Assembly: GCA_026770705.1 (NCBI GenBank)
Contig: JANJGN010000003.1
Span: 209,870,001 to 209,934,000 of the forward strand
Direction of reading: 5' to 3'
Length of the DNA stretch: 64,000 nucleotides
Origin: Isurus oxyrinchus
Taxonomy: Eukaryota
Position numbers and translations under genes: made by a program. The notes under the pieces are model-generated. The model was not told the origin of the DNA and made no database searches. It saw nothing but the letters and a program-made list of their open reading frames with translations. The stretch's first letter is position 1. Each line of letters opens with the position of its first letter. Shown in pieces: positions 12,981 to 24,525 of the stretch.

Positions 12981-13583
12981 GGCCGAATCTCCCAAAGACC
13001 AGAGTACGACTGAAGAAGTACGTCAGGATCCTGCAGGAGTCCTGCCATGCAGACCTATGTGGGAATTGCCCAGGAAGTTTAAACTTCCAATGGGCAATTC
13101 CCCTGCTTCCAGGGACCCTCCACAAATTCCCCAATACTGACCTAGAGTCGGACACTTGGGATGGTTCCACAGAACTGAACTTACCCAGGAAACATTAGAC
13201 ACTTTAAAACCTAGCCTAACAGCTGGGTAATTCCACAACTGACCCGAATACCCCCCAACCACCAAACTATCGCCTCAATCTGACCAGACTACCCATCTGC
13301 CTGCATACCCACCCGCCCATTCACTCATCCATTCACTAACATTCAAATACTAGACCTTTAAACTTGCCATACAGCAGCTAGTGCCATAAAAAGAGGATGT
13401 CTCCTGTCTTGTGACTCTACTCTGTTCCGATGGAATTCCCTGAGGAACGCTGCGCTACACATTCCTGTATCAGCCAAGATTGGAGATCCCGGAAGAAATG
13501 CGCAGCAATGTTGAGTCAGGAATCTTTGAGTGCAGCAGCAGCGATCCGTTCATCATGGCCACCACTGCTTGGAAGGGTCGGGT
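12981..13583. mobile_element. Probable non-autonomous DNA transposon (Harbinger-like MITE) nested in a minus-strand LINE 3' fragment
   Basis: Imperfect termini ggccgaatctcccaa / ttggaagggtcgggt; internal palindrome gggaattgccca-ggaagtttaaacttcc-aatgggcaattccc; LINE sequence resumes on both sides. Confidence 0.45.
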
Positions 13584-14935
13584 TATTTTCTCCATCTACT
13601 GTATCAAGCTTCATAATTTTAAATATCTTTATTAGGTTATCCTTCAGTGTTTTCTAGAAAAGATCCCCGTTCTGTTCAGTCTTTATGATTTTTTTGCTGT
13701 GTAAACGTAAATCTGGCACTTTCCTCAATATCCCTGCACCTTTTCAAAGAAAATTCTTTGTTGTAGTGAAGCTTATCATATTTTCATCACACACTGTTTC
13801 CTGGCTGCACTTTATAAACCTTGCAACTCAGAACGTGGAAAACACTTTGAGGCGTGACTGTGCTTGTTTTCCTCAGTATGTTATCTCTCTGCTCTCCATA
13901 AACCTCTTATCAAAACGGTAATACTACTTTAATTTCAAAACAAAAAGTAATGAAATATAAATAATGTTAGGAGAGGATCATATCCTGTCAGGTACATGGG
14001 TCTCCTAATGCTGTGTAAGTGCAATTTGGGAAGCTGGGAAGGTGTACCCCATGTGCAAGACGTTATGTGTTATAGATATGTTACAAAGATCAAAAGTTAC
14101 AAATCAATGAGGAAGATCATTTTGAGCAACCTTAAGGAATCCAGAAAGAGCCTAAAGCCTCCCATTGCCCTATCTCATTATTTCTTGAGTGATTCCATAG
14201 TTTTTGCCTCTGCTGCTGTTTTTGGGAGTCCATTCCAAATGTTGACTCTTGTCTGCATGAGGAGGAATTTCTTATCAGTCTTAAAATTATGCCGTTTCCT
14301 GAATTATCCCACTGTAAAAAAAAATTATCCTGGTTTAACCTTTTCCATTCCCTTAACCATCTTATATTCCTCCATGTCCCAACACTATATATTGGGTAAC
14401 TTTTTTCCCTTCTAACCATGTTTGTGGAAGTCCCTCCCTCCCAGTCCCAAGTAGTAGTGGCTGAATGAGGAGCTTACTGTGCTGGGAAGTTGAACCTGTG
14501 TAATGACAACAACAACTTGCATTTATATTACATCTTTAAAATAGTAAGATTCCCACAGTGCTTCACAGGAGCATTATCAGACTATTAAACACCAAGCCAA
14601 ATAAGGAGATGATATAACAAATGACAAAAAGCTTGATCAAAGGTAGGTTTGAAAGGAGCATCTTAATAGAGATGGGGTAGGTGAAGAGGCAGAGAGGTTT
14701 AGGTAAAGAATTGGAGCTTAGGGATTAGCCAGCTAAAGACACAGCTGCCAATTCTGGGGTAAAGGAAGTGATGGATGCACAAAAAGCCAGAATTGGAGGA
14801 ATTCAGAATTTCTGCAAGATCTTGTAGGGTTATAGGAGTTTACAGTGATAGAAAGGGATGAAGCAATGGATGCATTTGAAACAGAAGGATGAGAATTTTT
14901 AAGTCAAGGTGTTAGGTGGACCAGGAGTAACTGTA

Positions 14936-15272
14936 TAAAAACAAAAAAACTGCAGATGCTGGAAATCCAAAACAAAAAAAAACAGAATTACCTGGAAAAC
15001 TTTTACCTTTAACACCTGTGTGTTCTTTTGTACTATTGTTGTTGACATCTTTTGATGATCTGCTTCTATCACTGCTTGTTTGTCCCTACAACCACACTCC
15101 CCCCCACCTCTCTCTCTCTCTCTCTCTCTCCGCCCCCCACACACACACCTTAAACCAGCTTATATTTCAACTCTTCCTTGGACTCGAACTCAAGTTCTGT
15201 TGAAGGGTCATGAGGACTCGAAACGTCAACTCTTTTCTTCTCCGTCAATGCTGCCGGACCTGCTGAGTTTTT
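14936..15272 (+). mobile_element. Penelope-like short insertion with inverted terminus, (TC)n tract and hammerhead-like motif
   Basis: Flanked by direct repeat ccaggagtaactgta (14921-14935 and 15273-15287); left end ...acctggaaaac is inverted relative to right end gtttttccagg. Confidence 0.7.
15193..15231 (+). ncRNA. Minimal hammerhead-like motif with a variant core (CUGUUGA)
   Basis: agtt CTGTTGA a gggtc-atgag-gactc GAAA cg TC aact: stems I and II pair and stem III is the palindrome ACGT; one core deviation from CUGANGA. Confidence 0.5.
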
Positions 15273-15443
15273 CCAGGAGTAACTGTAGTTCAGCAAGCAC
15301 AAGAGTAATGGGTGAATAGGACTTGGTGCGAGTTACGATACTCTAATGGCACACTGCATCAGGCACCAACTGAGATTACAAATAATCAAATGCATTATTT
15401 TCTTGAAGCTTATGTTATTTAACCAATTTCCCTCTCTTTAAAG

Positions 15444-15527
15444 GCAATACAGTGTTGGATTTGAAATGGTAACTGTCTCAACAGTGGGAGACACTGAATT
15501 CCATAAAAAGCCCAGTGGAGATTACAG
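15444..15527 (+). CDS. CAPN7: Calpain-7 penultimate coding exon (QYSVGFEMVTVSTVGDTEFHKKPSGDYR)
   Basis: ttaaag acceptor, gtattg donor, 84 nt, phase-compatible on both sides; matches human QYSVGFEVVTVS...SGDYR. Confidence 0.93.
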
Positions 15528-16164
15528 GTATTGCTGTGTTCTCTTTGTGTGGTCCCCATTGATGGAATTTGTCCTCATTGATGCTACAAATATGTTTTTA
15601 AAAAAATAAAGCTATCGCCATAAATGTTGCAAGCTCCTGAAATACTTGGGAGTAAAAAGAATATTCACTCTTGTGGCTGTCGCTTTCTATTGTGCCAGCT
15701 CATCTGTGACCTTGTCAAGAACCACAGGCTCCACCTGCCTCACACACTCATGTATGTGCCCTCCACTCTCTTGGTGCTAGTGTCATCCTCTCTGTCTGCA
15801 CCTCTGGCCTCCGTGCCCTCCTGGCTCCCTGTCTGCACCAACAATAGCCAGTTTAATCAGCCTCTGAAGTTATTTCAAACCACTCAGTTTCTTCCCTCAC
15901 AGCTTCTTAAAGTTCCTTTTTGACTTTGCTTCTTTTTGTTCAATATTCACCCCAGTCCAGTAATGTGCTCTGGGACGTGTCTCTTTGTATCAGGAGCACT
16001 ATAGAAATGCAGCATTTGTCCTGCTTTGTATAAAATGTCTTTTTTTAGTCATGTCTAAGAACAGCAAAAAATCTTTAAAAGAGAGCAAGAAAAAAATATA
16101 GCAGATTTTCATATGAGGAACTTGTCTACTTATTTTTCCTCCATTTGAATTTTGTCCTTTTAAA

Positions 16165-16580
16165 GTGTCAGCCCAGTTGGAGCATTCTCATAAGGGTTGT
16201 GGCTTTAACTTCACTCCTGAGACTTGAGCTCATAATCCAGGTAGACATTCCCATTGCAGTACTAAGAGAGTGCTGCACAGTTGGACATGTCATTCCCATC
16301 TCTCGAGTGATTGTAAAAGATTCCAAGGCACTATTTTTTCTGAAGAGCAGAGGAGTTGTGCCTGGTACCCTGACCGATATTTATCCCTCAATATCCTGAA
16401 AACAGGTTAATCAGTCGTTAGCACATTGCTGGTCGTGGGACTTTGTTGTATGTAAATTGGCCTCTGTGTTTTCTACATTACAACAAGTGTCTACACTGCA
16501 AAAGTACTTCATTGACTGCAAAGTGCATTGGCATGTCGTGAGGTCATGAAAGGTGCTATATAAATTCAAGTCTTTTATTT
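16165..16580 (+). mobile_element. Deu-type tRNA-SINE copy
   Basis: Reverse complement of the 9400-9825 family; ends aaaggtgctatataaattcaagtct. Confidence 0.75.
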
Positions 16581-16872
16581 CTTCTCGTGATCATCAATTT
16601 GCACAGCCTTCCAGCTACTCCCATTTTACTCCAGGTTACCACCTGGTTGGCCTTCCTCCTCTTCCTGGCAGTCCCATCCCCATCACTCACCTGACCACAT
16701 TTTTCTCTCTTCGCAACAGATGACCATACCATTTCAGTCTCCTCATGGCTTTCTTTGATGCTTCCATAATCTTCACTGACCACCTAATGTACTGTTTCCT
16801 GATTTGTACAGTCAGTGTCTGACCTAATATATAGACATTTGGCAGTTAATGTGTGTATTTCTTCTGTTGCAG

Positions 16873-17017
16873 ATGTGGATTCTGCTATTTGGAAGTTGAG
16901 CGGGTCCCTGCAGGAGTTTACAATATCATCCCCACAACCTTCCTCCCTGCTCAGGAAGGCCCATTCTTCTTAGACTTGCACAGTGTTACACCACTCAGGA
17001 TTACTCAGTTACAGTGA
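16873..17017 (+). CDS. CAPN7: Calpain-7 last coding exon (CGFCYLEVERVPAGVYNIIPTTFLPAQEGPFFLDLHSVTPLRITQLQ*)
   Basis: ttgcag acceptor, TGA at 17015-17017; C-terminus ...ITQLQ* as in human CAPN7. Confidence 0.96.
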
Positions 17018-18920
17018 CCCGAGGAACTATAATGACCGCCTTTATCCTTGAATCGTATACATTGCCTGTTAAGGGATTTTTTTTAATTAAAAAGGGGACA
17101 TTTTCTCAGGCACCAGTTGGAATTTACTCGTACAGAATTTCTTTGAGACACTCCAAAGAAGGTGGTTACTGGTTCCACTGTAATTCATATTAAGCAAAGT
17201 TAGTTCAATAAGAAAGGAACTAAACTTGCTTGGTTCACATTTTTAAAAAAAGAAGGAACTATGTTAATTTTTATATAATCTTTACAGAAGTAAATGTACA
17301 TATTTCTGATGTAGAATATAGCTGGGAATCTTCTGCAATTTAATTTGTGGCTGTTCTCCTCCAGTATTGCAATCAATTAACTAGGTTCAGGCTAGAACTA
17401 GATTGGATTACTTTCACGCGTGCTGAGTTGCAAACTGTGTTGCCGAACCTTTACATGATAAAGGAGTAGAAATGTTTTTCAAGAACCTTCAATCTACATG
17501 AAAAGCAGCTGTTGATGTTTACTGGATTAACTCTGCAATTTAGGGACATGTGCAATGTATGTTGTAAAGACCAGTCAATATTTGTAATCATAAATCAATT
17601 TTTTAAAGGGTGGATACTGGTCTGGTAATTCTGAATTTAGCTATGTATTTCTATTACAGATTATATATTTTTATCCATTTTTTTGGTACCTAGCATGCAT
17701 AAGAATTAAAGTTATGCATCCACACACTGGTTGTGGGAAAGCTGAATTTACACTATGGGAGATACTAAATCACTTATTTCAATACAGGAAACTTATGCAC
17801 ATACCTAAACAGTTGAGTTCCTAACATCTTGGAATATGAATTTTAAAAATAATGTGTGTAAAGTTTATAGAGTTCAGGATTTAATTGGCCTTTTCAGTCC
17901 ATATGTCTTATGGTCTAGACAATCTTTTTCACAGCTCAATAAGACACTCACCCCCAGACATCAGCTGACTCCATATAGTCAGAGCTTATTTTTCTAACCC
18001 ATGTGGTCCATACACAGCTTTAGGACATGCCAAAGCACTTTAAGTGTAGTCACTGTTTTAATATAGGAAATGCTACAACCAATTTATACACAAGATCCCA
18101 ATCCAGCAATGTGATTAAATACAGATTATCTGATCATGTGTGATGTTGGTTGAGGGAAAGCTATTGGCTAGGAAGGTAGAACTCCTCCATTCTTCAGAAT
18201 TATACCATAAGGTTAGCAGGACCTTGGTTTAACATCTTGTTCAGATTATTAGCACCTCAAACAGCATTCCTTCAATACTGCACAGATGTATGAAACCTAG
18301 ATTATGGATTCAAATCTACAAAATGGAAGTTTAAAGCACAATCTTCTGAGAAGTGAGTGCAACCTACTGAACTGCTGCTTAAAATCAACTTATTAAATAG
18401 TTCTCCACACATTAAACACCATCAAATCTGTCTATAATTATTTACTCCATTGCATTACTATCCATCCAGCTCCAGAACTACATACAAGTGTTTGCATGTC
18501 TTCACATAGTTTATCTGGTACTTCAATCTAAATCAAGAAATATTTAGCTTATCAAGGGCAGATTAAAATTTAACATTTAATCTGCTCTTTTTAGATGAAG
18601 GAAAAAGTCATGCTGTTGAGTGAAAGAGGTTGGGATTAGTGTGAAGTAACCTGTCATCTTAGAACTGGCTGAACTCTGGCTACACTTCTGAGCTGAAAAT
18701 AGAACGTCTTCAGTCAGCAAAAGTAAATAATGTATTTCCTCTGAATCCTGTTTGAAGGAAGTCCTTTTTTTTTTAAATACAACTAAACCTAGCCAGCAAA
18801 ACCAAAAAATGGAAGATTTTACTGATTATTAGGAAATGCCTCAGTTTTTTTTGTGTTTATCCCTTCTCAGTGAGCCACATGTTTTTACATTCCTAATATG
18901 AAGAATCAGCTGAATAAAAA
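17018..18920 (+). other. Probable CAPN7 3' UTR/downstream region; end not determined
   Basis: AT-rich sequence after the stop; TGTACATA (Pumilio-type element) at 17295-17302; ATTAAA near 17705 and AATAAA near 18913 are candidate poly(A) signals. Confidence 0.4.
18020..18380 (-). mobile_element. Degraded Deu-type SINE copy
   Basis: Homology to the other copies. Confidence 0.6.
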
Positions 18921-19048
18921 ACTTAGAATTCTGGAAATATTCAGAGGCTAGACAGCATTTTTGGAGAGAGAAACAAAGTTAACATTTTAGGTTGATGACC
19001 CCTCTGGCAGAACACAAGTCATTGATTTATTTCTCTCTCTCCATATGC

Positions 19049-21152
19049 GATCACAGCATGGTAGAATTTCAAATTCAGTTTGAGGGTGAGCAACTCAGAT
19101 CTCAAACCAGTGTCCTCAACTTAAATAACGGCAATTACAGAGGTAAGAAGAAGGAGTTGTCTAAAGTGGGCTGGGAAAATTGACTAAGGGGAAAGTCAGG
19201 AAGGGCAGTGGCAGACACTTAAGCAAATATTTCATAACACTCAACAAAAATTTATCCTGGTCAAAAAGGACTCAGAAGGATGAACCACCCGTGGTTAACA
19301 AAGGTGGTCAAGAAGAGTAGCCAATCAAAAAAACTAAGGCTTACAAAGCAGGAAAACTAGTGGTAGGTCAGACGATTGGGAATTTTTTAGGAACCAGCAG
19401 CGGATAACTAAAAAGCTAGAGAAAATTGATTAAGTAAATTGGCAAGAAATATAAAAACAGCAGGAGCTTCTACAGGTAAATAAAAAGGAGAGTAGCTAAA
19501 GTGAATGTGGGACCCTTGGAGGCTGCAACTGGAGAATTGATAAGAGGAACAGGAAAATGGCAGATAATTTAATATTTTGCATCAGTCTTCACGGTGGAGA
19601 ATACTAAAGACATTCCAAAGATATCAGATCAGCAAGGGGCTAATAGGAGGAAAAATCTTTTAACAGTCTCTATCACGAGAGACAAGGTATTTGAGAAATT
19701 AATGGGATTAAAAGCAGACAGGTTGCCAGGAACTGATGGCTTGCATCCAAGGATTTTAAAGGCAGAGATAATGGAGGCATTGATCAAAATATTCCAGAAC
19801 ACACTGGATTCTGGATGGTCCCAGCGTATTAGAAAACCATTAATGTGATACCCCTGTTCAAGAAGGGAGACAGACAAAAAAGAAACTAAAGGCCAGTCAG
19901 CCTAACATCTGTTGTTGGGAAAATGCTGAGTCCATCATTAAGGAAGAAATAGGACATTTGGAAAAGCTTAACACAATCAGAGTCAACATGGTTTTGTGAA
20001 AGGGAAATTATGTTTGACAAATTTGCAAGAATTCTTTGAGGATATAACAAGCAGAGTTGATAAAGGGGAACTGGTAAATGTGTATTTGGATTTCCAGAAG
20101 GCATTCGATAAGGTGCCACATAAAAGGTTATTGCACAAGATAAGAGCTCAATGTATTGGGGGTAATGTATTAGCAAGATTTGAGGATTGATTAACACACA
20201 CAAGGATTAATGGGTCTTTTTCAGGTTGGAAAGATGTAACTAGTGGAGTGTCACAAGGATCAGTCCTCGGGCCTCAATTATTTACTATCTGTCTTAATTA
20301 CTTGGAGGGGGCAGAGTGTAATGTAAACAAACGTGCTGCTGATAGAAAAATAGGAAGGCATGTTGTGATGAAGACGTAAGGAACTTGCAAGAGGTTAGAG
20401 ATAATTTGACTGGTCAAAAACTTGGCAGATAGAGTTTAATGTAGGAAAGTGTGAGGTCATGCACTTTGGTAGGAAAAATCCAAAGGCAAACTTATTTAAA
20501 TGCAGAGAGATTCCAAAAAGTGCAGCACAGATTGAGTGTTCTTGTGCATGAAACAAAAGGTTAGCATACAGGTGCAGCAAGTAATTAAGAATTAAGTAAT
20601 TTAAACATAGGGAAGTCTTGTTACGACTGTACAGGGTGTTGGTGAGGCCATACCTGGAGTACTGTGTACAGTTTTGGTACCTGTATTTAAGGGAGGATAT
20701 ACTGGCTTTGGAGCAAGTTCAAAAGAGATTCACTAGGCTGATTCCTGGGATGAAGGGGTTGACTTATCAAGAACAGCTAAACAGGTTAGGCCTTTATTCA
20801 TTAGAGTTTAGAAGAATGAGGGGTGATCTTACTGAAACATACAAGATTCGTAGGGGGCTTGACAGGGTAGATGTTAGGATGTTTCCACTAGTGGGGGAAA
20901 CTCAAACTAGGGGACATAGTTACAGAATAAGGGGTCATTCATTTAAAACTGAGATGCAAAGGAATTCTCAGGGTAGCGAATGTCTGGAATTCACTACCTC
21001 AATTGTGGAGGCTAGATCACAGTATTTAAAGGAGGTGGTAGATAGATTTTTGAAATAACGGGGAGTTGAGGCTTGGAGCAGATCAGCCATTACCTCATTG
21101 AATGGCAGGGCAGGCTTGAAGAGCTGAATGGCCTACCCTTGCTCCTATTTCT
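19049..21152 (+). mobile_element. 5'-truncated, frameshifted CR1 LINE between the two genes
   Basis: ORFs 19594..19848, 19996..20190 ([17 protein letters not shown]) and 20618..21058 (LEYCVQFW); TSD tatgc at 19044-19048 and 21153-21157; sits inside a palindromic Penelope-derived relic (about 18913-21190). Confidence 0.92.
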
Positions 21153-21159
21153 TATGCTG

Positions 21160-22506
21160 CCATATCTGCTGAGCATTTTGCTTTTGTAAGATGTTCATTT
21201 GTAACCATAATCCGTTTGGTTTGAAGTTGTCCTTTAGATTGATCGGTGTTGTTCAATATCATTGTGTACCCACATATACAAAAACACAGTCAAAATGAGG
21301 AGCTGTATATGTATTCAGAATGTACAGACTTACAAGCCAAGTTCATAAATGACAAAATCTATAAAATAGTTAAGTGCATAGACAACTCTTATTACAACAC
21401 TGGAACAAAAAAATGTACAAAATGTAACACTGAAAACAATGTCTAAAGACTACAACATATGTGATTGATAATGTTTAAAACATAAGGCATGCAGGCTTTG
21501 CCATTAGTCACTATTTGCACGCCTCTGAAGTCAGAAACAGAGGCTTGGGCAAACTGGGTTGGGTGTTTCCTGTGCTCAGATACAGGAACTGATTTTACAA
21601 TTTGGATTCCCCCCAGTTCAGGACCCTATTCTGTTGCCTGCACAGCAGCAAAACCTGTTCATGCATGTAGTGCATTTGGATTGGCACGAATGGTTGGCTG
21701 TAAAAAGAAACAGAACGTGACACTGAAAATTCATCCACCTCATGAGCCAACATTCCACTCCATAGCAAAGGCTGGCTGCATGTCTTCCCAAATAGTCTGT
21801 TTCCTTCTGTGTAGTCAGGAGATTGTGAAGGAACAGAGGTGGAATCCAACCTTTCAGGCTACTAAACTGTGTTGTTTCACTATTAGTAACAGTGCAGGAA
21901 GTGAAGCACTCTTGGCAATTTCCTTATTTTTTGTTGCAAGTCCTTCTGAATAACAGGAAACATGGAAAGGTCCTTAAGGTCTGATTTTCAACAGTACATG
22001 ACAACCAAGATTGCCACAAAGAGAGATCGAACGCTCGATGCAGCGAGCATATTGTGGCACATGGGGATATGGCAGGCGTCAACATTGAAGAGGACACAAT
22101 GAAGTGGTGCACATGGATACAGCACGGAGTATAAGTGGAGCAAAGCAGGACTTTCTGCTGATCTGAGCTCCACCTCTGCCACATGTAAGCAGGTCATCAG
22201 TTGGGGAACAAAGCAGACAAGGATCTTACTTAACATCCAGTTCAACAGCACAAAATTGGTTACTGCTACTTTGCCTCCAGTCTGGAATCAGATCGCTAAC
22301 TACAGACCTTGCAGATATCCCATTAATTTTCAACCCAGAACTACTCCCGTAGTTTCCTTTTTCCAGTTATGAACACCAGCCACTCTTTAGAGGAACCTTT
22401 CAGCGCAGCAGTTAGACAGCAATTAAAAGGCCAAGACCGTGTCTGCGAGCGAATAAGTCGGTGACGCAATGTTTCCTGGCACATTTAGGATGTCGCTTCA
22501 CAATAT
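21160..22506 (-). other. Probable SH3BP5 3' UTR; end not determined
   Basis: Non-repetitive sequence directly downstream of the stop, becoming U-rich on the minus strand near 21250-21480; bounded by a CR1 insertion. Confidence 0.45.
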
Positions 22507-22682
22507 TTAACAGGTCGGTGACTCAGCCAATTCACAGATCTTTATTTCTGAAATTCTCTTCTCCTTTGGCTCTGTGCACTTGACTGAAATTTGAGTTACT
22601 CTGATCTCCAGGGTTGATTCATCAATGGACTGTTGAGTAATCAGTTTGTCCTTCTCATTTTCAACACCTTCAGCCCTGTCCC
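22507..22682 (-). CDS. SH3BP5: SH3BP5 last coding exon (GDRAEGVENEKDKLITQQSIDESTLEIRVTQISVKCTEPKEKRISEIKICELAESPTC*)
   Basis: acag acceptor on minus strand, TAA at 22507-22509; starts GDRAEG as in human; phase fits the preceding exon. Confidence 0.9.
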
Positions 22683-23129
22683 CTGTCCAAACAACAAAAC
22701 GAAACTGATAAATATTGATAACTTTGTCCACGTAGATGAGCATTGCACAGCCTACAGCCATTTTCAGTTCACTGGACAAAACAAAAACCAATAGATTATT
22801 GGGAAAGAGAACACAGTCTATTACAATTGGCCTACTGACACCCTCCCACTCTCTCCCAAGCATGATGAATATTAGATTGAAGTGGTTGCTCTAAAATGTA
22901 TTTTTCTTGGCTTCTGTATATTGATACACTGACCTCAGAATTCTTATGGTCTGAGCTTTGGGTGGAACCTGACAAAGTCAGGATTTTGTCCCATTTGCCC
23001 TGGCCCTTAAAATTACAATATGGGATGGGGGCAGAGGGAAAGAAAACTATGGGTCTTTGTCTTCCCTCCACTGACCCCCTCCTTTTCACGAAGAATTCCC
23101 TGGCTACTCTTAGAAATGCTGCCTTTTAA

Positions 23130-23350
23130 GCCCTTGGTAGGCCTCTGCAGAATTCACACGAGGTCACTGAATTTACTCAAGGCTGAGTGAGATAGATTCT
23201 TGATAGACAAGGGAGTCGAGGGTAATGGTGGGAAGACAGGAAGGTGGAGTTAAGATCATGGCTGATCCAACTGTGGTTTTATCAAATGGTCAGAGCAGGC
23301 TCAAAGGGCCAAATAGCCTACTCCTGTTCCTAAGTCCTATGTTCCTATGT
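23130..23350 (+). mobile_element. CR1 3' end fragment
   Basis: CR1 3' UTR ending in a (cctatgtt)n-like tail. Confidence 0.7.
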
Positions 23351-23817
23351 AGCATGAGTTCTACTAAGGTGAGTAGAACAGTCTGAACCTTAACTAGGGA
23401 ATGACACCTTCCTCAAGAGGCCTGCTTGCTCCATTGAGCGTAGATGATGTAAAACGGGGAATTCATTTGAGTCCCTTGGAAGGCCTGCGACATCAGAATG
23501 GCAGTTGGGACAAAGGAGCTCTTGAACAAACAATAAGCCCACACCAGCCATGCAAATGACCCTAATGCCGCAAATTAGGATTGGGTCTGCCCAAGTGGCA
23601 TAGACAAATAGATTCAACTCTATTGCACGTACATTGGCACAGTAGGACCGCAGGAATCTCAGGGCCAATTGTCTATTGGAGACTCTCCTCTAAATTAGTC
23701 ATCCCTCTCACCCTCCTATCACATGTAATAAAGGTGATTTTGGATTGAAGCAGCAGCTCTTTTGATCTCATCTGCTATAATATTTTCCTTCCAAGGTTAC
23801 CCTGAAACATCACTGAC

Positions 23818-24069
23818 CTTTCTCAGCATCACATTCAGGAGATGAGGCTCCACTGCATTCGCTGCGAGGCCCCAGAATGGGAGAGCCCATGGCACACTCA
23901 GACACAGGACTCAACAGTTCCAAGCTGGGGGGACGATTTCCTGGAGGGAAAACAGTTGGGAGGTCTAAGGGACTGGTTGGACTGGAACTCAAACTAAACT
24001 CAGACTGGCTCTCCGAATCTTCAGAGACAGGGCTGCCGCAGTTATCATCTTCAAATATTTCAGATGTCA
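23818..24069 (-). CDS. SH3BP5: SH3BP5 coding exon (MTSEIFEDDNCGSPVSEDSESQ...RPPSLELLSPVSE...LGPRSECSGASSPECDAEK)
   Basis: ttgcag acceptor, gtcagt donor; LGPRSECSGASSPEC identical to recalled human sequence; ORF 23810..24070. Confidence 0.95.
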
Positions 24070-24525
24070 CTGCAAATGAGAAAGAGATGTTACTGAAAAA
24101 TAATCAACTGGAGTTGATTAAGAAATCCATCATCAAGCTGCGCTCAGCTCATTAGCTTTGACAACTTAATTTATTCAACAAAATTAAAGAGGCATTTCTA
24201 ATTTAAAGTGACAACATTGTGCACTCAGCAGTTTCAGAGGCAGTGCATAAAGACCTTCAGTAGGTTTGATGTCTGCGTCACTGCTTCAGTTTTTAGTATG
24301 TTACCACTAGACATTCATTCCAAAATAATTATTTCATTAGGTATTCTCAAATGCCATTTGAACTATTTAACATGCAAATCTTCTGAAATAGTGTTCTTGT
24401 ATGGTCTTTTGACCCATCGTATCTGTAACTGCTGAAAAAAATCTATCTAGCCTAATCTGCTTCCCAGCCTTTGGTCTGTTGCCTTGTAGTTCACTGCACC
24501 TTAAGTGCATATTCTTCTTTTAATG

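Larger units (their letters stand above)
14510..15340 (-). mobile_element. L2-clade LINE 3' fragment interrupted by a Penelope-like insert
   Basis: Homologous to 7095-7830 and 59945-60560. Confidence 0.75.

Noticed and set aside
21489-21953. 154-aa + strand ORF
   Set aside because: Antisense to the probable SH3BP5 3' UTR, with no recognisable domain or splice context; likely a chance ORF
23877-24155. 92-aa + strand ORF
   Set aside because: Shadow ORF on the opposite strand of an SH3BP5 exon
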